Assembly: GCA_964057225.1 (NCBI GenBank) | Contig: OZ059897.1 | Span: forward strand, 9,300,001-9,364,000 | Source: Auanema rhodensis | Taxonomy: Eukaryota; Animalia; Nematoda | DNA: 64,000 bases | Reading direction: 5' to 3' | Notes under the pieces: model-generated | Database searches by the model: none | Told to the model about the DNA's origin: nothing | The model's input: the letters and a program-made list of their open reading frames with translations, nothing else | Shown: piece by piece, positions 14,394 to 29,300 of the stretch | Layout of the letters: every line of letters starts with the position of its first letter | Numbering within the stretch: the first letter of the stretch is position 1 | Made by a program: the position numbers and the translations under genes

Positions 14394-16770
14394 ATGTATG
14401 GCGAAGTAGGCGTGCCAGCTTCTACAAGACAGTTTCAACGATACATACGATTTGTAAATTGAACTATCCTCAACTTGGCTCGAAATATTCACTAACATTC
14501 TAAATATTCATATTATATTTATGCTATAACTGTTATAAAATATATAATCTAAAAAATAAGATAATGTATACAAAGAAATCGTATACACCATGGTCTGTAA
14601 TATGGTTGATAAATTGTATATTTGGAGCAACTTTACTTATGAATGTTTACATGATATATTACATAAAGGTATGGTCTAGTGAAAAAATATTATTTTAAAC
14701 TTCTTTTAAGGTATATTTAGATAAATTTAAAATGGACCCAGGCTGGTTAGAAAGTGTTGACTTTTCAATTTCATTTAACGTAGAAAAGGTATTTATAACA
14801 TTTAATTTACTTTCCTAAGTAAAAAATTAAACTTTTATAGTTGATACCTGATAGATTTATATTTAATCCACATCATCTTGATTACATACAGTCATTTTTA
14901 TTATTTTGGACTACATTTAATGATCCTATTCTAGGGTTCATGCAGGTATTTTCTCATTTTACTATTTTACTCATTGCTATTTAGAACTTGCTTTTTTTAT
15001 TTTTTAAATTTTAAATTAATATATTTAAGGATCTTGGCTTCTGTGGAATGAAATGGATAACAAGTCGACGAAAAGTTCTTTTATATGTCGGACCAGCTTT
15101 GTCTATATCTTTTTTAATTTTTTGGTTTCCATGGGCTATGTTAGTAAATAATTTTTCTTCCCAGTATTTAAAGTTATTTAGAGATGATGGGTTGATAGTT
15201 GCTTTTCAATTACTCTTTTGTCAGTTTTTCTTTGACGCTTTCCAAGTTCTGATTATGTCCGCATACTTCGGGCTATGTGTCGAAAAATTTCGAGGACATG
15301 AGGATCGTGTAAGAATTTTCGTTTACGGAGAAATGATTGCAGGATTGGGTGTGTTTTATTTTTCATAATTGTCAAAATTATGCTTCTATCAATGTACATA
15401 TAAAATCTAATCAAACAAATATTTTTCAGCTGGATTTGTTGTTTTACCAATTGAAACGCTAACCGACAGCCTTGAAAGATATAACGTTTTTCAAGTATTC
15501 GTTGTTGGAATTGCTTTGATATCAGGCTTTTGTATATTATTCGGTTCATGGAACCTCAAGAACACCGAAAATGAAGAAAAAGATGAGGAAGAGGAAGATT
15601 TAGTATGATCCTTAATTTTAATTTTATGAAAAAAAATATTTTTAACCTTGTAGGATGTTGAAGATATTGGCCAACATTGGAGATCTGTCGTTCAAATTTC
15701 CTGGCAAATTATAAAAGAATTTCGGTTCATATCTTTAGTCGGTTCACAGTTTTTTAAAATGCTTAGGTATGAATAATAAATATTTTTTTGTAATTTGGAA
15801 AAATTCAGATATATGGCTAACGAGCAATTTTTACTAATTTATGTGGAAATTCTCCTTGCAGACTACGGAATATTACAAAGAGGAAGTACAAAACTTGGAC
15901 TGTATTATGTTTTTGTGAGAATTCTAGGAAATGTATGTAAAGTTCAGTTTATTACATAATACAATGGAATTTTAGATTCTTTTTTTATTGTTATGGATCC
16001 CAGTTAATAAACTTGGATGTCAATGGGTCATACAAGGAATCAATTTAGTCACACTGATTAATTGCTTTGTGGCTTATATGGCAGGATCAAATAATTTCTG
16101 GTTCATAGCTATATTCATCATCATTGAAAAGTAAATTAATAAAATATAAATTTTGAAAATTTCAATTCCATTTCTGAATCAATGGAGAGTCGAGAAATAT
16201 ATTATATTGTTTTCAGTACTTTATCACGATGTGGATGGCAAGGATTCTATATGATTATATCTGGAGAAGTTATTGATGCAGATCGTGAGATTTATCATAG
16301 AAAGTAATATAAACATTTATTGTCAAGCGCAATTTAAAATTATTCAGACTTCCCTTTTCGACTATAATTTTCACTTTGAAAACTTTATTCACTAAACCGG
16401 CTGATCAATTTGCATCGGTTGTAATACTTGGAATTTTGGAAACAAGCGCCTATAATGAATTTAAAACTTATTGTTGGCCTGATTCTAATACACCGACTAT
16501 GAAAATGCATGATTTCCATCCAACAGGAGTGATGTCCATTAATGACCTGTAAGCTCATTTTGTTCCAATGCTTTTATAAAAACTAGTTTCAGCGATATAC
16601 GATGTACGAACATAAAGCAAACAGCATTTCTAGCATTAGTAATTTTACCTGCCGTGTGTGCTATATGTGAATCGTTATTCATCCTCTTAGATCAATTCAT
16701 TGTATGGAGAACAAAGCAGAATAGATATGCTGACAAATATCTATTCAAGCTCAAAAATTATTTTTTTTAA
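14394..16770 (+). CDS. MFS transporter, MFSD13A/TMEM180-like (multi-exon)
   Basis: Motifs FWTTFNDPILGFMQD and RRKVLLYVGPALSISFLIFWFPW resemble the recalled MFS_2/TMEM180 W...NDP..G...D and GP..A.SF..FW.PW. Many TM exons are separated by short introns; stop TAA at 16768-16770. Confidence 0.75.
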
Positions 16771-16945
16771 TTGTAAATATGTTGTTTTGTGTTTGCTTGT
16801 AGATAAATTGTATATAAATAATAACAAATTTAAAAGGGTCATCACTATTTTAATAATGTCAATATTTTCATTTTCATGTAGCATTATATACCAAAGAACT
16901 GAAAGATTATATTTATCTAATATTGAGATTATTCCTCAAATACAT

Positions 16946-17711
16946 CTAACAATGATAAGCCATATCGAAGTTATTAATGAGCATGTACATTGGAGCATCC
17001 TTGGAAACGATATTCCACTCATTTTCAGACATCGAGCACTTAACCAAATCAACAACCTTCTGTCCGTAAGTTTTGCTCCAATATTCCTCGAATTTTTTGA
17101 AAGTGAAACTGCTGATTTCAGATTCTTTTCCACTGGTCCTAAGATCTGTCATTGCAGCGCGATCCTGAAACATTGAATAATAAAAGTTTATACATTAGAT
17201 ATGTAACTCACTTGTGTGAGTTGTGGGTTGAAGAATTCAATGAACTTGTCAAGAGTGCGGAAAACCAAATCTCGGAGCTTGTCAACACCTCCAAGTCTGA
17301 AATAAATTAAGCTTAGTTTTTAAGAAATTAAAGAAAAAGTTTACGCTTCTGCTGCATCAGAAATGCTCTTGGTGACTTGAATTCTTTGTTCAGAAGTAAT
17401 TACTTCATCCCTCACTTTCTTGAAAAGATCTGAAACAGAAGTTAGTACATATACAAGAACGTTTTTAAGCATCTCACCAATTGCAGCAGTTTTAATGTCG
17501 ACGGTACTTTCATAGTATTGGAGAAGATCTGTGAAAATCTTGAAAGAAACCTTATTGTTTTGGAAAGATTAAGAAAAAAAACCTTTTTGAGTTGAGCATC
17601 ATCCAGGTAGGTGCTGAGATCGCTATGGATTTGGTTTGTTAACTTAGTAAGTTCTTCTTCAGTTGCACATATAGTTCCAACAAGAGCAAGAGCCAAAAGA
17701 ACAAACTTCAT
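16946..17711 (-). CDS. Secreted, predicted all-helical protein of ~200 aa (5 exons), function unknown
   Basis: Signal peptide MKFVLLALALVGTICA followed by in-frame exons ...IFTDLLQYYES..., DLFKKVRDEV..., LGGVDKLRDLVFRTLDKF..., DRAAMTDLRTSG...FDMAYHC*, joined by short GT-AG introns. Confidence 0.75.
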
Positions 17712-18162
17712 TATCTGAAAATATTACTACTATTTTGTTTATTTTATTTAACGAAGCCGATAAAATATTAAAATAACAGTTAGGCAAATAAATGAAGAAC
17801 TAGAACTGGTATATCATCTAGACACAAATATTCTTTTATATATGTATCAGGTGTTCAGTTAATCTACTTTAATTGGGAACAAGAAAGCTTTACAGTTAGT
17901 TTTAATCTTCCTTCATTAATACATATAGAATGATCATTTAGATATTATGTTTTTATTTCTAATCCAAATCTCTTTATTTTCAATGAAATTATTTCATATC
18001 TAATTTAGTAATTCCTGTTTCCCTTCTTTAATATCATCTTTTTTTCAACAGAATATTATAAAACGTTTTCCTATAATCAACTATATTTTATTGAATTTAT
18101 ATATGAATATATTGAAATCGAAGTTTATATATCAATAAAATGTTTAAATTATGGAAAAATGT

Positions 18163-19852
18163 TTATTTTTTAGTTCCTACAGTACGAGGACGAAGTTGTC
18201 TCATTGGAACGTCTTTTTCAATCTTACTATAATATATTGGATATACATCTAGAAAAAAAGTTCTAAAAACCTATTAGTAGTTTTTCCTTTTTCAATTTTC
18301 AATTCGTCTTCTCTAGTAGGATTACTGAAATCAATTCATATGATCGCAAGCTACATAATAGTCATCTTACCAAGAGTTTGGTTTTGTTTTTACTTTGTTT
18401 TCATTTTTCAAACTGGAAGTCCTGAATGAGAAACAGTTCAACACATCAACGTCAATAAGTTCTTACTTTTCAGATTTACAAGAATTCATGTTTTTTCGTG
18501 TTTGTCTGGAAAAAAATAACTAATGATTGAAATGAAAATGAACACCTTGCTGATATTGACACTGAACTGTTTCCAAACGATTTTCTACTTTAAACATAAG
18601 ATTGACGCTTTTATTTATTAAACTAAATAAATACCTTTGGCACTTCTGATGTGGTGATACATGGAAGGTGCGTCTATAACAATGATATATCTTCAAAGTT
18701 ATTCACATATGCTTATTTCTAACCTATTTGGTGAAGAGTTCAGCGGAACTACTTGAACATTTACAGGTTTAATAAGATTTCTGAACATGTTTTAAAAATT
18801 TTTTAATGTTCCACTATGGCTTGAAAAATTACTTCGAAATTATTTTTTCGGTTACTCTTTTCTCTATAATAGTATTTCTATTTTTCTCCCTAAATTAGAA
18901 CAATAAAATAGCTAAACTAAACCAACGACAAATGCCTTGTTTTTCTAGATTCATCATTTCGACGTTTTATGTTTTGTTGAAGAATATCTGTATTGTTAGT
19001 TATGATTTCATTTTTTTTTCTTTGGTATTCCACATGTGTACTGAAATAGGCTCAAAAAGTTTAGATCACCCTTCTCGTATGTAGCAACCTATATTGTACG
19101 TTATTGTTTTCTTCACAAGTTCTGCGTGTGCTCTGGGGGACAACAGTTTTTCCTCTGAAAAGATATACATTCAGTTTGATAAAACTGAAGAAAAAACCTA
19201 AGCTTAGTAATAGGTTTGTCGTTCTTCAAACTGAGAGACGAGGGGGCGACTGACCGCCCTCTGAAATGTATAATATTGAAATAAAAGTATTAGAATTCTA
19301 ACCGAAATGGAATATTAACTCTTGTGATTGGCGCATTTGATTTGCATCTATAAGATATCGATTAAAACAATGAAACATCTTCTTATATATTATATTTAAA
19401 TGACACTTTTCACAACCTGCAGTTAGAACATGTGGCTATTGAAGCATTGAATAGTTGAGTAGGAACCTCAGAACGTCCTCTAAGAAAAAGATAAATGATT
19501 AAGTTTTGATTTTACCGGGAAGGAATAGCGCGATACATTGATTTATCTCTTGAAGCTTCACGTGGTCTGAAAAAATAGTGTGGAAAAATGTATGTACATA
19601 ATCACATTGACAAGACCTAGTTACATCGTCAACACTAAAAACTTCATGGCCTATACTCTTTCTTTGACATGCTCTTCGAACAGTGAAAGTTCTATTTAGA
19701 AGTTTCTTGTCGACGCTTGAAGACGAACTATCAGGTTTTTTAAGCTTGAAAACGAGCTTCTGAGGTGGATATGTAACCATTTTATCTCCACTAATAGTTA
19801 AAGGAATTAATCTTTGAATATGGTTGTTCATATCACAGACCGGTGAAGACAT
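18163..19852 (-). CDS. Multi-exon protein of unknown function (basic/Ser-rich, many small exons)
   Basis: 117-codon ORF at 19499-19852 followed by a series of short exons with ag/gt boundaries; last exon reads DVYPIYYSKIEKDVPMRQLRPRTVGTKK*. Confidence 0.5.
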
Positions 19853-20044
19853 ATCGATAACAACGAATGAAAACTAATCCGATACTAAAATTACGTGAAA
19901 CAATAATTTGATACTCACGCTTGACAATTTTACGCTAAACTCTTATATATGTAACATATACTACTTTAAACTTTAAATATTATTTGAGGCGCTAATCGGT
20001 CTTATGTCAGCCCTCTTTTTTTTAAATTTTTCAGCAAATGTTTA

Positions 20045-20157
20045 CACCAGAGTCTTAATCTGAATATCGCGGTTTCGAGCTTAATCTGGATATCGCGGTT
20101 TCGAGCTTAATCTGGATATCGCGGTTTCGAGCTTAATCTGAATATCGCCGTTTCGAG
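20045..20157 (+). repeat. 26-bp x4 minisatellite derived from the anticodon-to-T-arm part of tRNA-Lys(CUU)
   Basis: caccagagt followed by (cttaatctgRatatcgcggtttcgag)x4 at 20054, 20080, 20106 and 20132; compare tRNA caccagactcttaatctggctgtcgcgggttcgag. Confidence 0.85.
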
Positions 20158-20346
20158 AGAAGAGAAATGAATTTATAATCGAGATAGAACACTTCTAAGA
20201 TCTCGATCCAAAGTTTTTCTGACGGACTGAGCCATTAGAAGCCATTATTAAGAGAACTATTCTGATTTCCCCTGTTAATAGATCGAGTTCAAAATTACGT
20301 TAAGCTCTGAGCATCTAAATGATTCAATACAATATCAGAAATCACA

Positions 20347-23300
20347 GCCGGGTTAGCTCAGTCGGTAGAGCACCAGACTCTTAATCTGGCTGTCGCGGGT
20401 TCGAGCCCCGCATCGGGCTTGAAGTTTTACCTTTTATTTGAAATTTGAAAGTTTATTTTGAAAATTCATTTCTAACCTCTTTCTGATCAGATAGAATTCT
20501 GTAGATGTAACATTGTTTCAGTTCTGAGAACTCTGTTTAAGTGTTTTCAAACTTTGTATAGATACCAAGAAAAATGAAATGAGAGAGATAGAACACTTCT
20601 AAGATCTTGATCTAAGGTTTTTCTGACGGACTGAGCCATTAGAACCAAAGATTACAAGAATTATTCTGATTTCACCTGCATAAAGATCCAGTAGAAAATT
20701 ACCTTTGCTCCGAGCATCTAAATGCTTCAATACAATATTAGAAATCACAGCCCGGTTAGCTCAGTCGGTAGAGCACCAGACTCTTAATCTGGCTGTCGCG
20801 GGTTGGAGCCCCGCATCGGGCTTCAAGTTTTACCTTTTATTTGAAATTATAACGTTTATTTTGAAAATTCATTTCTAACCTCTTTCTGATCAGATAGAAT
20901 TCTGTGGATGTAACATTGCTTCTGCCCTTTGAACTTTGTTTAAGTGTTTTCAAACTTTGTATAGATAACAAGAAAAATAAAATGATAGAGATAGAACACT
21001 TCTAAGATCTTGATCTAAGGTTTTTCTGACGGACTGATCCATTAGAACCAAAGATTACAAGAATTATTCTGATTTCACCTGCATAAAGATCCAGTAGAAA
21101 ATTACCTTTGCTCCGAGCATCTAAATGCTTCAATACAATATTAGAAATCACAGCCCGGTTAGCTCAGTCGGTAGAGCACCAGACTCTTAATCTGGCTGTC
21201 GCGGGTTCGAGCCCCGCATCGGGCTTTAAGTTTTACCTTTTATTTGAAATTATAACGTTTATTTTGAAAATTCATTTCTAACCTCTTTCTGATCAGATAG
21301 AATTCTGTGGATGTAACATTGCTTCTGCCCTTTGAACTTTGTTTAAGTGTTTTTAAACTTTGTTTAGATAACAAGAAAAATAAAATGATAGAGATAGAAC
21401 ACTTCTAAGATCTTGATCTAAGGTTTTTCTGACGGACTGATCCATTAGAACCAAAGATTACAAGAATTATTCTGATTTCACCTGCATAAAGATCCAGTAG
21501 AAAATTACCTTTGCTCCGAGCATCTAAATGCTTCAATACAATATTAGAAATCACAGCCCGGTTAGCTCAGTCGGTAGAGCACCAGACTCTTAATCTGGCT
21601 GTCGCGGGTTCGAGCCCCGCATCGGGCTTCAAGTTTTACCTTTTATTTGAAATTATAACGTTTATTTTGAAAATTCATTTCTAACCTCTTTCTGATCAGA
21701 TAGAATTCTGTGGATGTAACATTGCTTCTGCCCTTTGAACTTTGTTTAAGTGTTTTTAAACTTTGTTTAGATAACAAGAAAAATAAAATGATAGAGATAG
21801 AACACTTCTAAGATCTTGATCTAAGGTTTTTCTGACGGAATGAGCCATTAGAACCAAAGATTACAAGAATTATTCTGATTTCACCTGCATAAAGATCCAG
21901 TAGAAAATTACGTTATGCTGTGAACATCTAAATGATTCAATACAATATTAGAAATCACAGCCCGGTTAGCTCAGTCGGTAGAGCACCAGACTCTTAATCT
22001 GGCTGTCGCGGGTTCGAGCCCCGCATCGGGCTTGAAGTTTTACCTTTTATTTGAAATTATAACGTTTATTTTGAAAATTCATTCCTAACCTCTTTCTGAT
22101 CTGATAGAATTCTGTAGATGTAACATTGTTTCAGTTTTTGAAACTCTGTTTAAGTGTTTTCAAACTTTGTATAGATAACAAGAAAAATAAAATGATAGAG
22201 ATAGAACACTTCTAAGATCTTGATCTAAGGTTTTTCTGACGGACTGAGCCATTAGAACCAAAGATTACAAGAATTATTCTGATTTTACCTGCATAAAGAT
22301 TCAGTAGAAAATTACATTATGCTCTGAACATCTAAATGATTCAATACAATATTAGAAATCACAGCCCGGTTAGCTCAGTCGGTAGAGCACCAGACTCTTA
22401 ATCTGGCTGTCGCGGGTTCGAGCCCCGCATCGGGCTTGAAGTTTTACCTTTTATTTGAAATTATAACGTTTATTTTGAAAATTCATTTCTAACCTCTTTC
22501 TGATCAGATAGAATTCTGTGGATGTAACATTGCTTCTGCCCTTTGAACTTTGTTTAAGTGTTTTTAAACTTTGTTTAGATAACAAGAAAAATAAAATGAT
22601 AGAGATAGAACACTTCTAAGATCTTGATCTAAGGTTTTTCTGACGGAATGAGCCATTAGAACCAAAGATTACAAGAATTATTCTGATTTCACCTGCATAA
22701 AGATCCAGTAGAAAATTACGTTATGCTGTGAACATCTAAATGATTCAATACAATATTAGAAATCACAGCCCGGTTAGCTCAGTCGGTAGAGCACCAGACT
22801 CTTAATCTGGCTGTCGCGGGTTCGAGCCCCGCATCGGGCTTGAAGTTTTACCTTTTATTTGAAATTATAACGTTTATTTTGAAAATTCATTCCTAACCTC
22901 TTTCTGATCTGATAGAATTCTGTAGATGTAACATTGTTTCAGTTTTTGAAACTCTGTTTAAGTGTTTTCAAACTTTGTATAGATAACAAGAAAAATAAAA
23001 TGATAGAGATAGAACACTTCTAAGATCTTGATCTAAGGTTTTTCTGACGGACTGATCCATTAGAACCAAAGATTACAAGAATTATTCTGATTTCACCTGC
23101 ATAAAGATCCAGTAGAAAATTACCTTTGCTCCGAGCATCTAAATGCTTCAATACAATATTAGAAATCACAGCCCGGTTAGCTCAGTCGGTAGAGCACCAG
23201 ACTCTTAATCTGGCTGTCGCGGGTTCGAGCCCCGCATCGGGCTTGAAGTTTTACCTTTTATTTGAAATTTGAAAGTTTATTTTGAAAATTCATTTCTAAC

Positions 23301-26300
23301 CTCTTTCTGATCAGATAGAATTCTGTAGATGTAACATTGTTTCAGTTTTTGAAACTCTGTTTAAGTGTTTTCAAACTTTGTATAGATAACAAGAAAAATA
23401 AAATGATAGAGATAGAACACTTCTAAGATCTTGATCTAAGGTTTTTCTGACGGACTGAGCCATTAGAACCAAAGATTACAAGAATTATTCTGATTTTACC
23501 TGCATAAAGATCCAGTAGAAAATTACGTTATGCTCTGAACATCTAAATGATTCAATACAATATTAGAAATCACAGCCCGGTTAGCTCAGTCGGTAGAGCA
23601 CCAGACTCTTAATCTGGCTGTCGCGGGTTCGAGCCCCGCATCGGGCTTTAAGTTTTACCTTTTATTTGAAATTTGAAAGTTTATTTTGAAAATTCATTCC
23701 TAACCTCTTTCTGATCTGATAGAATTCTGTAGATGTAACATTGTTTCAGTTTTTGAAACTCTGTTTAAGTGTTTTCAAACTTTGTATAGATAACAAGAAA
23801 AATAAAATGATAGAGATAGAACACTTCTAAGATCTTGATCTAAGGTTTTTCTGACGGACTGATCCATTAGAACCAAAGATTACAAGAATTATTCTGATTT
23901 CACCTGCATAAAGATCCAGTAGAAAATTACCTTTGCTCCGAGCATCTAAATGCTTCAATACAATATTAGAAATCACAGCCCGGTTAGCTCAGTCGGTAGA
24001 GCACCAGACTCTTAATCTGGCTGTCGCGGGTTCGAGCCCCGCATCGGGCTTGAAGTTTTACCTTTTATTTGAAATTTGAAAGTTTATTTTGAAAATTCAT
24101 TTCTAACCTCTTTCTGATCAGATAGAATTCTGTAGATGTAACATTGTTTCAGTTTTTGAAACTCTGTTTAAGTGTTTTCAAACTTTGTATAGATAACAAG
24201 AAAAATAAAATGATAGAGATAGAACACTTCTAAGATCTTGATCTAAGGTTTTTCTGACGGAATGAGCCATTAGAACCAAAGATTACAAGAATTATTCTGA
24301 TTTCACCTGCATAAAGATCCAGTAGAAAATTACGTTATGCTGTGAACATCTAAATGATTCAATACAATATTAGAAATCACAGCCCGGTTAGCTCAGTCGG
24401 TAGAGCACCAGACTCTTAATCTGGCTGTCGCGGGTTCGAGCCCCGCATCGGGCTTGAAGTTTTACCTTTTATTTGAAATTATAACGTTTATTTTGAAAAT
24501 TCATTTCTAACCTCTTTCTGATCTGATAGAATTCTGTGGATGTAACATTGCTTCTGCCCTTTGAACTCTGTTTAAGTGTTTTCAAACTTTGTATAAATAA
24601 CAAGAAAAATAAAATGATAGAGATAGAACACTTCTAAGATCTCGATCCAAAATATTCCCGACGGACTGAGCCATTAGAACCAAAGATTACAAGAATTATT
24701 CTGATTTCACCTGCATAAAGATCCAGTAGAAAATTACGTTATGCTCTGAACATCTAAATGATTCAATACAATATTAGAAATCACAGCCCGGTTAGCTCAG
24801 TCGGTAGAGCACCAGACTCTTAATCTGGCTGTCGCGGGTTCGAGCCCCGCATCGGGCTTTAAGTTTTACCTTTTATTTGAAATTATAACGTTTATTTTGA
24901 AAATTCATTTCTAACCTCTTTCTGATCTGATAGAATTCTGTGGATGTAACATTGTTTCAGTTTTTGAAACTCTGTTTAAGTGTTTTCAAACTTTGTATAG
25001 ATAACAAGAAAAATAAAATGATAGAGATAGAACACTTCTAAGATCTTGATCTAAGGTTTTTCTGACGGACTGATCCATTAGAACCAAAGATTACAAGAAT
25101 TATTCTGATTTCACCTGCATAAAGATCCAGTAGAAAATTACCTTTGCTCCGAGCATCTAAATGCTTCAATACAATATTAGAAATCACAGCCCGGTTAGCT
25201 CAGTCGGTAGAGCACCAGACTCTTAATCTGGCTGTCGCGGGTTCGAGCCCCGCATCGGGCTTGAAGTTTTACCTTTTATTTGAAATTTGAAAGTTTATTT
25301 TGAAAATTCATTTCTAACCTCTTTCTGATCAGATAGAATTCTGTAGATGTAACATTGTTTCAGTTTTTGAAACTCTGTTTAAGTGTTTTCAAACTTTGTA
25401 TAGATAACAAGAAAAATAAAATGATAGAGATAGAACACTTCTAAGATCTTGATCTAAGGTTTTTCTGACGGAATGAGCCATTAGAACCAAAGATTACAAG
25501 AATTATTCTGATTTCACCTGCATAAAGATCCAGTAGAAAATTACGTTATGCTGTGAACATCTAAATGATTCAATACAATATTAGAAATCACAGCCCGGTT
25601 AGCTCAGTCGGTAGAGCACCAGACTCTTAATCTGGCTGTCGCGGGTTCGAGCCCCGCATCGGGCTTGAAGTTTTACCTTTTATTTGAAATTATAACGTTT
25701 ATTTTGAAAATTCATTTCTAACCTCTTTCTGATCTGATAGAATTCTGTGGATGTAACATTGCTTCTGCCCTTTGAACTCTGTTTAAGTGTTTTCAAACTT
25801 TGTATAAATAACAAGAAAAATAAAATGATAGAGATAGAACACTTCTAAGATCTCGATCCAAAATATTCCCGACGGACTGAGCCATTAGAACCAAAGATTA
25901 CAAGAATTATTCTGATTTCACCTGCATAAAGATCCAGTAGAAAATTACGTTATGCTCTGAACATCTAAATGATTCAATACAATATTAGAAATCACAGCCC
26001 GGTTAGCTCAGTCGGTAGAGCACCAGACTCTTAATCTGGCTGTCGCGGGTTCGAGCCCCGCATCGGGCTTTAAGTTTTACCTTTTATTTGAAATTTGAAA
26101 GTTTATTTTGAAAATTCATTCCTAACCTCTTTCTGATCTGATAGAATTCTGTAGATGTAACATTGTTTCAGTTTTTGAAACTCTGTTTAAGTGTTTTCAA
26201 ACTTTGTATAGATAACAAGAAAAATAAAATGATAGAGATAGAACACTTCTAAGATCTTGATCTAAGGTTTTTCTGACGGACTGATCCATTAGAACCAAAG

Positions 26301-29300
26301 ATTACAAGAATTATTCTGATTTCACCTGCATAAAGATCCAGTAGAAAATTACCTTTGCTCCGAGCATCTAAATGCTTCAATACAATATTAGAAATCACAG
26401 CCCGGTTAGCTCAGTCGGTAGAGCACCAGACTCTTAATCTGGCTGTCGCGGGTTCGAGCCCCGCATCGGGCTTGAAGTTTTACCTTTTATTTGAAATTTG
26501 AAAGTTTATTTTGAAAATTCATTTCTAACCTCTTTCTGATCAGATAGAATTCTGTAGATGTAACATTGTTTCAGTTTTTGAAACTCTGTTTAAGTGTTTT
26601 CAAACTTTGTATAGATAACAAGAAAAATAAAATGATAGAGATAGAACACTTCTAAGATCTTGATCTAAGGTTTTTCTGACGGAATGAGCCATTAGAACCA
26701 AAGATTACAAGAATTATTCTGATTTCACCTGCATAAAGATCCAGTAGAAAATTACGTTATGCTGTGAACATCTAAATGATTCAATACAATATTAGAAATC
26801 ACAGCCCGGTTAGCTCAGTCGGTAGAGCACCAGACTCTTAATCTGGCTGTCGCGGGTTCGAGCCCCGCATCGGGCTTGAAGTTTTACCTTTTATTTGAAA
26901 TTATAACGTTTATTTTGAAAATTCATTTCTAACCTCTTTCTGATCTGATAGAATTCTGTGGATGTAACATTGCTTCTGCCCTTTGAACTCTGTTTAAGTG
27001 TTTTCAAACTTTGTATAAATAACAAGAAAAATAAAATGATAGAGATAGAACACTTCTAAGATCTCGATCCAAAATATTCCCGACGGACTGAGTCATTAGA
27101 ACCAAAGATTACAAGAATTATTCTGATTTCACCTGCATAAAGATCCAGTAGAAAATTACGTTATGCTCTGAACATCTAAATGATTCAATACAATATTAGA
27201 AATCACAGCCCGGTTAGCTCAGTCGGTAGAGCACCAGACTCTTAATCTGGCTGTCGCGGGTTCGAGCCCCGCATCGGGCTTTAAGTTTTACCTTTTATTT
27301 GAAATTTGAAAGTTTATTTTGAAAATTCATTTCTAACCTCTTTCTGATCAGATAGAATTCTGTAGATGTAACATTGTTTCAGTTTTTGAAACTCTGTTTA
27401 AGTGTTTTCAAACTTTGTATAGATAACAAGAAAAATAAAATGATAGAGATAGAACACTTCTAAGATCTTGATCTAAGGTTTTTCTGACGGACTGATCCAT
27501 TAGAACCAAAGATTACAAGAATTATTCTGATTTCACCTGCATAAAGATCCAGTAGAAAATTACCTTTGCTCCGAGCATCTAAATGCTTCAATACAATATT
27601 AGAAATCACAGCCCGGTTAGCTCAGTCGGTAGAGCACCAGACTCTTAATCTGGCTGTCGCGGGTTCGAGCCCCGCATCGGGCTTGAAGTTTTACCTTTTA
27701 TTTGAAATTTGAAAGTTTATTTTGAAAATTCATTTCTAACCTCTTTCTGATCAGATAGAATTCTGTAGATGTAACATTGTTTCAGTTCTTAGAACTCTGT
27801 TTAAGTGTTTTCAAACTTTGTATAGATAACAAGAAAAATAAAATGATAGAGATAGAACACTTCTAAGATCTTGATCTAAGGTTTTTCTGACGGACTGAGC
27901 CATTAGAACCAAAGATTACAAGAATTATTCTGATTTCACCTGCATAAAGATCCAGTAGAAAATTACCTTTGCTCCGAGCATCTAAATGGTTCAATACAAT
28001 ATTAGAAATCACAGCCCGGTTAGCTCAGTCGGTAGAGCACCAGACTCTTAATCTGGCTGTCGCGGGTTCGAGCCCCGCATCGGGCTTTAAGTTTTACCTT
28101 TTATTTGAAATTTGAAAGTTTATTTTGAAAATTCATTTCTAACCTCTTTCTGATCTGATAGAATTCTGTGGATGTAACATTGCTTCTGCCCTTTGAACTC
28201 TGTTTAAGTGTTTTCAAACTTTGTATAAATAACAAGAAAAATAAAATGATAGAGATAGAACACTTCTAAGATCTCGATCCAAAATATTCCCGACGGACTG
28301 AGCCATTAGAACCAAAGATTACAAGAATTATTCTGATTTCACCTGCATAAAGATCCAGTAGAAAATTACGTTATGCTCTGAACATCTAAATGATTCAATA
28401 CAATATTAGAAATCACAGCCCGGTTAGCTCAGTCGGTAGAGCACCAGACTCTTAATCTGGCTGTCGCGGGTTCGAGCCCCGCATCGGGCTTTAAGTTTTA
28501 CCTTTTATTTGAAATTTGAAAGTTTATTTTGAAAATTCATTTCTAACCTCTTTCTGATCAGATAGAATTCTGTAGATGTAACATTGTTTCAGTTTTTGAA
28601 ACTCTGTTTAAGTGTTTTCAAACTTTGTATAGATAACAAGAAAAATAAAATGATAGAGATAGAACACTTCTAAGATCTTGATCTAAGGTTTTTCTGACGG
28701 ACTGATCCATTAGAACCAAAGATTACAAGAATTATTCTGATTTCACCTGCATAAAGATCCAGTAGAAAATTACCTTTGCTCCGAGCATCTAAATGCTTCA
28801 ATACAATATTAGAAATCACAGCCCGGTTAGCTCAGTCGGTAGAGCACCAGACTCTTAATCTGGCTGTCGCGGGTTCGAGCCCCGCATCGGGCTTGAAGTT
28901 TTACCTTTTATTTGAAATTTGAAAGTTTATTTTGAAAATTCATTTCTAACCTCTTTCTGATCAGATAGAATTCTGTAGATGTAACATTGTTTCAGTTCTT
29001 AGAACTCTGTTTAAGTGTTTTCAAACTTTGTATAGATAACAAGAAAAATAAAATGATAGAGATAGAACACTTCTAAGATCTTGATCTAAGGTTTTTCTGA
29101 CGGACTGAGCCATTAGAACCAAAGATTACAAGAATTATTCTGATTTCACCTGCATAAAGATCCAGTAGAAAATTACCTTTGCTCCGAGCATCTAAATGGT
29201 TCAATACAATATTAGAAATCACAGCCCGGTTAGCTCAGTCGGTAGAGCACCAGACTCTTAATCTGGCTGTCGCGGGTTCGAGCCCCGCATCGGGCTTTAA

